Assembly: GCF_001194135.2 (NCBI RefSeq)
Contig: NC_068990.1
Span: 9,871,238 to 9,935,237 of the forward strand
Source of the DNA: Octopus bimaculoides
Taxonomy: Eukaryota
Direction: 5' to 3'
Length of the DNA stretch: 64,000 bases
The translations under genes and the position numbers were made by a program. Below the pieces are notes generated by a model. The model ran no database searches. It saw only the letters and a program-made list of their open reading frames with translations, and was not told where the DNA came from. Positions 38,535 to 52,282 of this stretch are shown in pieces; within the stretch, counting starts at the first letter, position 1; each line of letters starts with the position of its first letter.

Positions 38535-39646
38535 TTCATAAAAAAAAAACTGATTGGCTTTGGTGCTAAGAACATTTTAAAAGCTGATTCCAACTCTGGT
38601 TTGGACCTGAAAGCTTTATCACCTAAAAATGTGTTTAAATGCTTAAAAAATGGTAGTTAGTGGGTGAAGGATGAGGAGAATATGGAGGATGTGGTATATT
38701 CTCGTATCCCAAGTCTTCTGCAGCCTCATTCTTGCAACATGTGGCTTTGCATTACCATGGAGCAAAATTGGGCCACGCCGATTCACCAATGCAAGTCTCA
38801 TTCTTTGCAAGACAATATGCATTTCAGCGAGCTGATTGCAGTAACGCTCCGCTGTAATGCTTTGATTGGCTTCCAGAAAGCTGTTAAAGAGAACACCAAT
38901 TGCAGACCACCAGGCAGTGACCATAATCTTTTGCTGATGCTATTTTTGCTTTGGGAAATGCTTGAGGGACTCATCACGATCAAACTATTGACCTGATCGT
39001 TTACGGTTATCATAAGTGAGCATTCACACCAGGAAAGCATCATTGATTTTTCGCATATAAAGGACCGAGCACACTTCAAAACGCCGAACCTTTTGATTTT
39101 CATTGATTTCATGCAGTGCCCATTTATCGAGCTTTTTCACCTTACCAACTTTCTGTAGATTGCGTGAGACCGTTGAAATACCGATACCAAGTGCTTGAAA
39201 CATTTCTCTGACACTTTCACGAGGGTTTTGTTCAACAATTGCATTCATATGTTCATTGTGAAGACTGCATGACTATCTTCTACCTTCTTCATCTTCAAGG
39301 CTCTTATCACCACTACAGAATTACTGAAACTACCTTTGTACTGTGCAATCACCTGTGGACCCCTCTCCCTATGCTTTATTGATATTGGCAGCAGTTTGGT
39401 AGGCATTGTGCCTAAGCTTTAACTCATTCAAGAAAAGTGAGTGAAGGTTCTTTTTTGTCATTTTCATATTCAAGAAGCTTCTGCTTGAAGAATGTTTTCT
39501 TTGGAACATATGTCGAAATTATTAAAGAGCATACATCGATTATTATGTATGTCGAAATTCACCTAAATATAATTAAAATACTATGATAAAATTGCGTTTC
39601 AAAACAAAACGCCTAGAGCGGCCGTGATTTTCGGAACAATCTAATA
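38535..39646 (-). mobile_element. decayed near full-length mariner (Hsmar1-like) element
   Basis: IVEQNPRESVREM...KVKKLDKWALHEINENQK; MVTAWWSAIGV...RRGPILLHGNAKPH; PTNYHFFKHLNTFL. The 5' end TA-TTAGATTG resembles the mariner TIR. Confidence 0.9.
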
Positions 39647-39844
39647 GCATATGTAGTGAGCAACTGCTAGTAAATATTTAAAAATCTGATCTTTCTATTT
39701 CCTGAATAGAAATATATTGGCTTTGCCCACATCAATCTATAGCTATACAACGCATGTGCCCATAGGTAGGGAAACACACACTTACAGACGCTGACTTCTA
39801 TGTATATAAGCATAGTGAGACAAATCTCAATCTGTACGACTCAC

Positions 39845-39966
39845 GACAGTGGGCTGAGAAAGGGCTGAATTCAAGCTGCTGCTTCTTGTCAATCGGAATC
39901 GCATGGATTTTGTTCCTATCAGCAACATTTCCCTTCGGTATTTCTTCACATGGCATGGTGTCCATG
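39845..39966 (-). CDS. candidate internal exon, product unknown
   Basis: ...ATGATCAG| 122 nt |GTGAGT with an open frame MDTMPCEEIPKGNVADRNKIHAIPIDKKQQLEFSPFSAHC. Alternative splice sites are nearby; no recognised homology. Confidence 0.2.
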
Positions 39967-41027
39967 CTGATCATATTAAAGGAAATCTGGAGCACAACAT
40001 CGTGGAATAGCATAGAATGAGTACTCCGATTGGAATAAACTTTCATACCATCCTTTCACCAGAAACATAGCTGGCTGCAGCGATATAAAATGAAGGAAAA
40101 ATTTTTTATGATATATTGGCTTTTATTTGCATGTATAAATTCTTCGGTGCATGGAGTGAATAGAATATTTTTTTATAATAAGTCATTATATTTCAATACT
40201 TCCTGAGAAATGGTAAAGGTTTGCATAAATGGCTGGCTCTTCATCGAAAGAAATGAAACCTAGCATTCTACTTGTTTTAAATATATATAGGACTTTTATG
40301 TTCTGTGTTCCTTTTTGATAAAGTTTATAATAATTGGGGTTATAGAAATTTTCGAGTTTTATTTTCTAGACATTACAAGATTAAACGCTTTTTATGTTCC
40401 GATTGACTAGATATTGAATGAACGATTTCTTTACTTATGTTTGAATATTTGTGATTATTGTAACCTTGCATATGATTGTCGTTTATAAAAGGAGTGAGAT
40501 TTACTTATAATGGAAATGTTTTAATATATTCTGTAAGTATTGATTTATTGATTTGTGCATTGAAGTATATTCAGATATTAATACGGAATTAAAGGTGAGG
40601 CTTAATGTTTTGTGATGGATTCTATATCGAACAGCTATGCATAATTATTAATTCTGTCACTTAATGGCTATGTCCAGTTTTGTCAAAAGAGTTATGCAGC
40701 ATTACTTTATTTAAGATGCATCATTCCTCATCAAATATTTTCTCTGATGTAGAAGTGAGAAAATATATTCTACAACGGCGTCTTACTGATATGATCGTTT
40801 TGAATGTGTTTATTCGTTTTTAAGTTTTTAATAAGTACTGGTCGAGAAAAAAGCACAGAGCTGGTAGCCTTTTTGAAAATGTGAAGTACGATTTTTCCAC
40901 AGATTTTAAGATATTTACAGACTTCACCTTATTTTTTACAACTTTACTCGTGCTAAAATGATACAATCTCAACTTTAACTGTATCTTTACATGTGAAGGT
41001 ATATACTGTCAGTCACATCCATCCACC

Positions 41028-41031
41028 CACA

Positions 41032-41110
<79 letters not shown>
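41028..41110. repeat. long (CA)n microsatellite
   Basis: Read directly. Confidence 0.95.
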
Positions 41111-41112
<2 letters not shown>

Positions 41113-41722
41113 CAGATATATAAATACATATGAAGAAAACTACACACGTTTGATTCTTAACATTAAAAATGCAAGAATCCAGTGAGTTGTCCCATAGACG
41201 CATATCACGCATGAAAGTTTAGATTTAAACGAAATATTAGATTTAAACGAAATATAATTAAGCCCAAACACAACATCAAAATAAATAATTTCTGAAATAA
41301 AGAAGACAGTAGTTGGACTCCTCATTCGCATAACCACCGAACTAGGAGCTTAACTGTTGTAGTCTTTCCATAGCACTTAGTCAGCTTTACCTGACGCCTT
41401 TTGGGTCTTCTTGACACATTTACCTCTCATAATCTCAAAACACACACACACACACACACATATGTATATATATATATACATACATATATACACATAGAAA
41501 TGTACATCCCAATGTATGTCGTTAGGCATGGGAAAAACTAAATGAAGATTCAGAACATTTCGCCAGAAATGTTGGGCCGAAAAAAATTCGTAGAGTGATA
41601 TACACATAAAATGAAATCAACAACAACCATAGTTGTTCAGATGTTCTAAATGTGTTTCTGGAGGACGTGGTAACTTCAATATATTGAACGAAATACCGCA
41701 CAAACAAACACACACACACACA

Positions 41723-41763
<41 letters not shown>

Positions 41764-42157
41764 ACGCATGTTAATATGATGAGATACTGTACAAACAATT
41801 ATCATGTATCGTAGACGCAGATGCCTCTACTCAGACGACTTTTCAGAAAGTACTGCTTTTACCTTGCCATTTCGCGGCTTTCTGCAACGATAAACTTTGG
41901 TAAATATAGCCTGGTATCTCTTTCCATATACATTGAAATATCTCTTTTCATACAAGCAATATCATAAAGTATGCAAGGATAAATATATAAGGAATAAAAA
42001 TAAAACAAAATACTTCAAATGAAATGTTATACACGTATAATAAGACACATAAAACAAAAAAAAATATACAAGTGTGATCAGAACAGAACCAAAAATAAAA
42101 GCACAAACATTTATATTGCCCCTTATATTTCACCAAAGCAAATAATATAGCCTATCC

Positions 42158-42194
<37 letters not shown>

Positions 42195-42203
42195 CATCCA
42201 TCC

Positions 42204-42236
<33 letters not shown>

Positions 42237-42903
42237 CCTATCTCTCTCTCTCTCTCTCTCTCTNNNNNNNNNNTATATATATATATATATATATATGAAA
42301 AGCTACGTACACACATTCATACACATATATGCATACATATAAACACATAATGTACATATATTAATGTGTATGCATGTGCACATATATACGAATACACAGA
42401 TGCACATAGAAATATGCTATAACTTCACACACCAATCAACATGTGTATCTTGTGTATCTGATACTTGTGTATCTGTATTTCTATATACTCACAACAACAG
42501 ATACACATACGCACATATGTAATACATTTACACATGCATACAAAATCTAAGTATCAAACTAATCAAACTATTTTAGCTGTTTCTGAAAAATCAATCGTAC
42601 GTATGTGCAATAATTCTCTCAGTGTATGTAAACAGTATGTGGTTACATAGGATAAGTTTGTTGGGAAATCTTTTGACTACGTTCTTTTTTTTTTTAACTC
42701 AGTAAAATGCAATTGGATTTCTCTAGCATACATGGCAATTTCGAGAAAAAATTATCTACCGGAGTGCATTCTTTATAATGGACGAAGTAATACTATATTC
42801 AATTCTATGTTCTTTTAGCGTCCATATTAGGTCCGGTAATGAAATAGAATGCCTCTTACCAATCGTATTGAAACTGTCAGCATGATTAGTAAGTAAAATT
42901 ACA

Positions 42904-43133
42904 TTCTCGAGTCATGCCGACTCATAAGGGCCGGTTTCCGGTTTCCAAGGCGTATGTAACCCCACCTGGTTTCGACGCCGATCCGTCCAAGGATTACTTA
43001 TTTTTATCAACTGAGTGGACAGGCGCGACGCGAATGTAGTGTCTTGTTCAAGAACACAACGCAGTCTAGGAATCGAAACTATAGTCTTAGGATCACGAGA
43101 TCAACGCTCTAACAAGTAAGACACACAACTCCA
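42904..43133 (-). mobile_element. tRNA-derived SINE, third family (V-domain-like)
   Basis: Minus strand head with GTTTCGATTCC B box, GTTGTGTTCTTGAACAAGACAC, GTCCACTCAG core, tail GGAAACCGGCCCTTATGAGTCGGCATGACTCGAGAA. Confidence 0.8.
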
Positions 43134-45276
43134 CATCAATATGGTTGCCATATCTATTTTCAAAAACATCCGCAGACGTCCCTAAATACACATACGCGCC
43201 TCCTCTTGTATTCACTGTGCATGTTTATATTATGTTAGAATGCATGCATTAGTTTTGCATAAGATATGCGCTTTTGCTCCGTTTTTCACAATTATCCTTC
43301 GGTTATTTATTTGCTGTTTCGTTAGTCTTTTTTATTCCATTCTTAATATTTCTTCTATCATTTTTTCCCTCTTATTATGTGGCCCTAATTGGCTGCCTTT
43401 AAGTTCATCGCTGCTATTATGAATATCATGGCATTTGAATTTTCAATATATTCGCCGTCAGCAATATTTTGCCTCTATTTTATTATATTATTAATTCCGT
43501 TGAAATTATTGGAACATGCTTGAATTGTTTCACGGTATAGCACCAGAAACTATATCAAGATAATTATATTTTACTGAGGCTAGACATTTAGACATTCGAA
43601 TGGATATTGTTCTAAATGCTCGAAGAATCAAAGGATCCCATTTCTTCTGTTACGAATATTTGATAGGATTCTTCTATGTTTAGGGAATAAATCAGGACAT
43701 ATTGTTGTCGTGTTTAAGCATGGTTTATAAAAATATAATTGGATATTGGGAGCAGGGATGACAATTTTGAATGATGTTCTGGACTCCTGACAACACGTTG
43801 GCTCGTAAAATATGCGTTTTCATTAACACAATGAGTAGAATTAAATTAGATCGAATGTCCGTAGGTATTTGACGTAAACTCTCATTATTCGAAAAACGAA
43901 ACCAATTTGTAACTTGTTCGCAAATGAGAATACTTACTTTATGGCTTCACTGATAGAAAGCTAGCTCCTGTGTGAGAAATTAATGAAGGACACAAATTCA
44001 CCATTCAAGGTTTTATGTTCATAGTGATTAACTGGTACCATAAATGTTTTTAGCTAGAATAAATTTAACATCATACTTAGTGACTTAGCGCTGGAAGATG
44101 AATTAAATAAATACCGCAACATAAATCAAATCGAGGAAACATCAATAATTGCTCATTGAATCGAAAACTTTCGATCAAATTAACGACAACCTAGAGAAAG
44201 CAGAGTAAATATACAAATTGCATCATATACACAACTTTAATGGAATTTAGTAATGTTTTCTTTTTGTTTATTCAGTGTACAGCCATAATAGATAAATTGC
44301 CTTACCGTTGCATTAGAAGATGAAATATATTTAAACACAGTGATTTGGTTACATTTCGTATTTTCTAAAACTAATACAAGCAAACCTTCTTTACATACCT
44401 TTCCTGTTTATTTCTTGCAATAAAATATCCTACGTTTCACTAGCAAGCAACTATATTCTCAATAATTAGTTCCAATTACAATTTTCGCTTTCACTTTTTT
44501 CTGGCCACACATTTGTCTCAATTCCTTTGCGACTATTTATTTTTTCATATGCAAAGATATTCAAATATTGATTTTTCACAAAGCAGACAATGGCAATATT
44601 TTTTAAGATTGAAAGAGTTAATTCAAATAGCTGTGAATGAAATACTTTCTTCTTTGTGCAACGATCATACTATATGATATGTGAAAGATATAGACAAAAA
44701 CGCTATGAAAAGAACCAAATTGTAAAGGATGAAATATAATACAATATGAAGATTAAATATTGAAAGCTTGCGCAGATCTCTCGTCAGTTCAAACAGGATT
44801 TATATTTGAAAAAAATTAAAAAGAATCTATATGATTGATAATGGCCGAAAACACTACTGCTAAGCAAAACACATTTTAATGTTAAGTAATAATCTAAATA
44901 TCTAAATATATGCATCTAACTATTCTAATATGAGTTGCTTAAGGAACCCGTTTATGGTTAAGAGAGCCGTTACAAATAACATTAAAATCTCAATTGTCTC
45001 ATACACTACGAGAATTTCAGACAGTGGCGATCTAAATATTGTTGCACAACGGGAACACGGTCTAATGAAAACAAACTTAGGAACCTGTGTATCTGATTCT
45101 CTTCTACTTTGTATTGAACAGAAATCCATGCATGCAAATTAACTCCCTTCAGGTTTACAAGAAGAAATTCAGGAGATTAGAATGGCTTATGGCTTACAAA
45201 GATCTATTAATATAAATACANNNNNNNNNNNNNNNNNNNNNNNNNNNNNNNNNNNNNNNNNNNNTATATATATATA

Positions 45277-45309
<33 letters not shown>

Positions 45310-45310
<1 letters not shown>

Positions 45311-45565
45311 CATTATTCCTTCTAGGATTGTCACCACTATTCTTGTAGGAGTCCTACATCGCAATCTGAGTACAGATATCGTTAGGGCTTGTAACATTGC
45401 CAAAAACTGAGGAAGCATAATACTTTTCAAAAAACCCCAGACAAATTGTCTGATACGAATGCGAAATTCTTTCCCAATACATGCTGAATATTCTGAAAAT
45501 ACTACCGCAAGACGTAGGTCACATGCAGCTCCACTAAGCAAGGTAAAGTTGTAAATATAATCCAC
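45310..45565 (-). mobile_element. possible decayed non-LTR RT fragment
   Basis: IRIRQFVWGFLKSIMLPQFLAMLQAL resembles the segment after RT 'D..KAFD' (..R..LW..L...G.P..F..M...L). The catalytic motif itself is not preserved. Confidence 0.25.
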
Positions 45566-46404
45566 GTCCGTCTGAAACTATCAGTGATATAAATAAAAAT
45601 AAAATACAATTACATGTGTGCTTTCATTAAATTTCCATATGTTTGAAACAAAGTTAAATTCTCCAAATTATGTATAAGTATGAAAGTCGTTCAGGGAATG
45701 TTGTCTGAACATTTTTAGAAAACCGATAAAAAATCACTTTGGTCGGAAATATACAAGGCATCGACGTGCATTAGAAGAGTCGAATTCATATTGAAGGAAG
45801 ATGTTCCTCGGCTATATTATTAACTAACCGCCTAATGTCAGTGCATATAAATGTCTGGCAGCTCTTATCAGCACTTCCTAAAATTAAGCATACATACAAA
45901 TCACTAGACACTGTCTTTGGTCAATGAGAAATAGTTCACTATACTGTAGAAATGTAAAATTCATTAGTAACTTCAGTTATATAGGAACGTTGAATTTCCT
46001 TACTAAAAGATTACCCAATACATTTGCTGCTTGATTTCGATCCACCAAAGCTAATAAGTAGTATACAGGAAATAGATAAGAGTGTACAAGGGTTCATTAG
46101 AACTAGTACTCAGAGTTCGCTAATTGAAGATATCTAATGGTGCCCTGAAATCCAATAGTACCAAGAGATGTGCTCTTTCAATTTAAGAGACTTTACATAA
46201 CATAACCTTTCATTTTTGCCATGGGAATAAGCGTATTCCAAAGACAAATTTTGGCAGTTGAACCACTCTGTCTCGAAGGAGAATATTATGTAGGAAGCTC
46301 ATGTATTAGTAGCCTGTACGCACTTTTATCCCAGATGTGACAATCCAGCAATATGAATCCTAAGCTGGTGTTATGAAAATATTTAGTAAAGCGACGGCAT
46401 ACAT

Positions 46405-46540
46405 ATGTGAGAAGACGCTTGCTTTCCAACCGCATGGTCTCGTGTCCAGTCCCACTGGATGACATCTTGCTCAAGTGTTTCTACAATAGCATCGCATCGA
46501 CCAAAGTTTTGTGAATTAACTTCGTCGACGGTAAGTTAAA
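46405..46540 (+). mobile_element. decayed 5' half of Meta-domain-like SINE
   Basis: GCTTGCTTTCCAACCGCATGG...CAGTCCCACTG...CAAGTGTTTCTACAATAGC...CGACCAAAG. Confidence 0.7.
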
Positions 46541-46544
46541 GACT

Positions 46545-47115
46545 GATGATGGCGACGTTATGCCCCATTCATCGTCCTACACGGCCTTAGACTCAACACG
46601 GATACCTACATCAAGTTTCCAGAGGAGTTGGAGCTCTCCTGCGTCAGAGTGGTGTGTGTGGCTGCTGGAAGATTTATGTCTGGCATCAGCACTTTGCAAC
46701 ACGCAACACGGGGAGGAAAACTCTGTTATGGCTGTCAAACAATTTCAGCGATGACAAGACCCTAAACATCTAGCTGCCTAACTTCCCAGACTGCATACCC
46801 CTTGATTATTATGTGTGGGGCGCATTTGAGCGAGAGAGAAACAAAAATCCTTGTAACACAAAAGATGAACCGAAAGCAAGGATTATGGCAGCATTCACCC
46901 ACTTAAACAAGAAGACCGTCCAGAAGAGTTGCAGAAGATTCCAAAGTCATCTGAGTCCGTGGTTGTAGTCAGTGTCGATTTTAGTCAATGAATTTACTCT
47001 TTAGTATTTCAAGATATTTTAATGTAATTTTGGGAAATATATCTGAAAAAAATGAGACATTAGTGTTATTTTCATTTTTGCGTAATTTTAACGACTATTT
47101 ATTCACCGCACCCTG
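46545..47115 (+). mobile_element. 3' half of maT/DD37D-like transposon with intact-looking terminal repeat
   Basis: Closely similar to the reverse complement of 9499-10020 (GATTATTATGTGTGGG, AACTTAAACAAGAAGACCGTCCAGAAGAG-like blocks); ends ...TTATTCACCGCACCCTG|TA. Confidence 0.9.
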
Positions 47116-48337
47116 TATATATATAAGGATAATATTTAAATGATATGTTGAAATATTTCCTTGCAATGCAATTTCCGAGCACTTCAACTACGTAATTCAT
47201 AACTGAGCTGATCATATTTATAGACGTTTATATCCGTCGATTTTGTTTGTACGTTTGCTCCATTAAGTATCATCGCCAATGAAATTTATGATATCTCCGT
47301 TACATGACTACGATTCAAGAAGAAATAAACAAATAATAATTATTTATAATCAGGTAACTACTAACAATAAAAATATTATCCCTATGGACATGATATTATC
47401 ACAACCATTGGGCTTAATTTATTAAGACAAATTGTTTGTGAATAATAATTGCTCATCTGAATACCGTAGTTATTAGCGTGTAGCTTAATACATGTCTTCC
47501 TGAAAATATGGTCTGAACTTACTATAAAATAGCGTATTTAGTGTGTATCAAATTGTGGGTAATTTTTTTCTACACCGATATAACTCAGAAAATCCTACCT
47601 GGTATTACGTCTTCTGAAGTTGTACCAGGTGTAATAGCTGAATATCTTGAATGAAATTCCTCGAATCCAATTACTTTTGCTGCTTCTTTTCACTTTGAAT
47701 TACACAGCCATGTTTGAAAAGAAAAGTTGTATTTTTTAGAAATTAATACGAACGCATTTCACTTATATGAACAAAAACGGAATATATTATAAAAATACTA
47801 ATGGGAAAGTATGCTCGTTATATGACACACCATACAGTATACGAAATTTTAGTTTTTATGGAACTATATTCAGAAAAGCAGAAGCAAGAATAACGCTAAA
47901 TTTCTAAAGCAAATCTCCATGTTTGAATATTTTTTTCTCGGAATATCATTCAAAAACTAACTAATTAGACGGAATATGAAGGAGTCAGAATACATCACGC
48001 ACATTCTTCGCAGTTCATCGAGTTTATTATTCTTTATAAATATCTTTTTGAAAAAGTAAAAACTGAACTGCAACGTGTATTATTTGGTTATGTGAGCTGT
48101 GGAAAGTCTTTCTAGCTTCTTCGTAATTTATGCGTTTAAAAGTATGAAAATATCGAGCAATATTCCTATTAAATACATTCAATATAAGTTGAAGCAATAT
48201 TCCCGTCGCTCTAATAATAATGATTAAAATATCGATTTCTTTGTATATGCGCTTCAGAATGTTTACTCATACGCACAGCAACACAAACACATCTACAGGT
48301 ACGTACCCACACCAACACGCATCTACACGTACACGCA

Positions 48338-48379
<42 letters not shown>

Positions 48380-49589
48380 CAGATGTAAATGATAGATTTT
48401 GTGAGTGAACTTATGGAGATAGCAGTGAGATACGTAGATGTAGGCGAGCTGAATATACTAAATAAGTAAAGTTAAATTGAAAATATATATCACATTTTAT
48501 AAATAATTAAATCGTTATCACTACTGTTACAATTGTATATTCTGTATGAATTACAATATTGTTGTTATTTTCGACCTCATAGTGGATTCCGTGATATTAA
48601 TATTATTTCTTATGAAATTCCTTGATACATTTGCATTTATACGATTTCATAATATTAAATTTTGTATATACAATCAACCATAAAAATTAATCTGAATATA
48701 ATTCCTCAGGTGTACTTCATCTAATTATAAACTATATTTCTAACAGTAATACAAGTAAATGAAACTAATGTAATCAGTATGGTTTATACACACATACACA
48801 ACACATATATTTCGTGTTAAGCTTAGAAGCGATTAACGTTACAAGAATTTCCGACAGAAATCCGATTGAATATACTACTCCTTAAATCTGTGCTAGTGTT
48901 CTTGGGGTTGTATAATGTGGAATAATAAAATAAACCCAAGTATTTATCTGTTGAATATATTACAAATTAAAAGGGTAAAATATTATCAATTTATTAATTA
49001 ATAAATAAATTAACAATTAATAATTTTTACCAAGCCCATCGGTATGAAAGCACCATTATTGGTGGAGAACTTATTTAAAAGCTCATATATATTTATAAAC
49101 ATAATTAAGGGATCAGCAAATATTTGCTTCACCATATACCGAAGTTCAGAAATAGCAGCTAAAAATGCTGAGAATCCCACAGATAGCATCACTTGTAACT
49201 CACAAAGGCAAAAACAAGAAGAAAAAAACAATGAAAAACTAACCATTCCGACGGTTAACAGTAGACGCGTTTCTGGATTATGATTGATACTCAATTTCCT
49301 TCATCAATACTGTATTCCAGCAGTAAATTTGACTATGCTAGCAAACTGTGCAAGCATGAACGAGTAACATTCCACACCGACACAGATCTGAAAGCATAAC
49401 CGAATCCTTACGTGCGTTTCAGAGGAATTTGCTATAGACAAAGAGGGAATGTCATTCTTTACTCTGAACACACCTCAGTTCTGGTACAGCAAAATAAGTG
49501 CAAATTGATGGAATTATCCATTTATCTATAGTCCGCGCAGTTTATGAAGACATAGAATATACATCGGGAGAAATGGAAAAGGAAGGGAG

Positions 49590-49615
49590 AGAGTGAAGAA
49601 AAGAGAAAGAGAGAG

Positions 49616-49690
<75 letters not shown>

Positions 49691-49695
49691 AGAGA
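49590..49695. repeat. (AG)n polypurine tract
   Basis: Read directly. Confidence 0.95.
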
Positions 49696-50004
49696 AAGGG
49701 AACGAAAACGGATTCGATGCGTAGGTATGTGGTGACGAAGATGGAACACTTATGGAATGAGAAGAGAAAGGGTCGATAAAATAAACGAATACATAAATTA
49801 ATATATAAATGCCTCAAAAAACACATCTCTACATACAAAAAATAAAAGTATATAATAAGAATAATAAGCACTATAAAATATAATAAAAATTATGATAATA
49901 GAAATAATAGTGAGACCTCTGACAACATGTTGTTCTCCGCTCTCACAGAATCAACCAGAGAACGTAAGACCTAGAGGTATGAGAATTAAAACAATAATAG
50001 CAAT

Positions 50005-50600
50005 AATGATTTCAAATTTTGCTACAAGTTCAGCAATATCAGGGAAGTAGGTAAGTCGATTATATTGATCCCAGTGCCCAACTGGTACTTCTTTTAAGGA
50101 ACTCGAAAGGACGAAAAACAAACTCGACCTCTGCAGAATTTGACCTCAAAAGGCCAGCAATGTTAGGAGGAATGAATTAGCTGAATGCCTCAACTCCAGT
50201 GAAAATCTAAAACTTAATTTCTAGGACTGGGAAGGTTATAGCACAATGTTTCAATCGGTGGAATTGAAACTTAGAACTTCCGCTAAGCATTTCGTCCGAC
50301 GCCCCATAGATTCTGCCAGCTGTCCAACTTAATAATAACAATGGCTTCAAATTTTGACAGAAATTTCGAGAGAGGGTTAATCAATTACATTGACCCAAGT
50401 GCTGATCTGATACTTATACCATCAACCTCAACAGTCATGAAAGAGTAAGTCGACCTCGTCGGAATTTCAACTAGGGGGAGGAGTTAATCAATTACATGGA
50501 CACTGGCCGTTGACAAAAGGCGAAGTCGACCTCGATGGGATTTGAACTCCGATCGTTATGGGTTGGGAGAATGTAGTACGCGTTAACGATTCTCTCGAAA
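50005..50600 (-). mobile_element. cluster of ~4 decayed Nin-domain-like SINE copies
   Basis: Repeated (A/C)GTCGACCTC / ATTTGA(A/C)CTC and AATCAATTACAT motifs, all in minus orientation. Confidence 0.7.
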
Positions 50601-52249
50601 CCGCAGCAATATTTATCCGTAACCGCAGCATTAAATTTTAACTGCAGAAAAAATAGTAGTAGTAGTAGTAGGGAGGAAATGTTATATAGCTTTCTGAGGC
50701 TAATTCGTTTGTCCTTCGTTGAAGTAGATTACTCTATCAGGAATACAAATTACCACCTTGTCATAACCCACTAATAACGTTACTCAACTGGTAATTTTAA
50801 ACACCCACATCATAAAATATTTTAATGAATCTCTGGAGAACACTGAAACGTCCAAAGATCACTACAAACAAATGAATAAGAACAATAAAATGCTATAAAA
50901 ACTCCCCCAGAAAATAGCGGTTTGTTGTTGTATTGACTGTAAAACAATGAACGAAAGAAATAGAAATGTTTCCTTCTCTGAACAATCGATATATACCACG
51001 TCTAATGAAGTTATTAATGGACACCTATTTGTTAAACGGCAGATCCAATGCACTGGGTTCAAGCTGATGACGATGTTGAGAATGATAATGATGCCGGTGA
51101 TGATATTGTCGGCAATGAACATGGTTATAGTGGCAGTGGCAGTGATAATGAAGAGGTATTGAAAACAGAGAAATAAATAAAGAGCCAAATAAACGAAATT
51201 AACGATCCAATGACCGTGTTGGAGTTGCCGAAAATAGACGCCAAATCTCTATGATATTGTTCCCAACTATTTGTTAGAATGTGGATGAGAGTTTTTGTTA
51301 TATTTTTTGTCATACAAATATCATAATAATACTATCTTCAAAAATAAGATGAATCTGTGACTGATAAAGATGCTATGCAGTAAAGGTCTGCACAATCAAA
51401 TTTAAGCACAGGCTAAACAAGAATGATGACAATAACAACATCAACAACGAAAACAAAAGCAACAACAGAGATGGAAACTGAAAATGGTTGCTTTAACGTT
51501 AAGATGTATAAAATTTATGGTGATGTCGACTATCGGCGAATACGACAACAATATTTATGACGAACACCATAATGATGAAGATAATTGTGATGGTGATGAC
51601 ATTAAAGTCGATCATGGCAATGCGTACAAGTATCATGACAGAGTCTGCGCCAGTGGCAATGATAATGTATTATTAGATGAGTTTAATTGAGATAATGACT
51701 GGCACTATGTTTGTGGTTCTAATGTTCATTATAAATAGATTCAAGTTGTGGTTAGTGTGTTTAATGAGACACGTAATTCCATTACAATTGATAAAACGTA
51801 AATTAAGTGCAAAGATGGGTTTTCATGCCTTTCTTAAAAGCTTAATAGTCATAAGCAGCATGTATATGAAAATAGATTGTATTTAGTTTTTATATTCTCG
51901 TGCGCTTTCCACAAGTACGTCTATGTGTGTGTGTGTATGCGTGTATTCAGTGTATATTTGTGTATCTGGATACATTTCTGCATGTTTTCTATTTGTGTAT
52001 GCATGTATGTGTGTGCGCGCGACCGCTTGCACCCTTACTGATGTGTAGTTACCCATGAAAGCCTCGCACGTATTGTCTGGGTGCGTTTTATTTTCCGAGA
52101 AGTACTCAATTATTGACTAGATACGGCAATCTATCGTTCTGCCTTTAAGATGTTAAAGCTTGATTTGCAGGAAATTTTTCAGCTGTTTATTGGCTGTTGA
52201 GTGTGCGCATATGCTGAAGTGTGCGCGTGCGAGTGTGTGTATGTGCGCG

Positions 52250-52282
<33 letters not shown>

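Noticed and set aside
41219-41254. 18-bp tandem duplication TTAGATTTAAACGAAATA x2
   Set aside because: Ordinary slippage duplication.
43400-44000. Possible further PLE relic on the minus strand (PTD, NCHP)
   Set aside because: Motifs too short and scattered to support a call.
51040-51700. Asp/Met-rich ORFs (50947-51162, 51484-51690)
   Set aside because: Decayed (GAT/AAT)n trinucleotide tracts.
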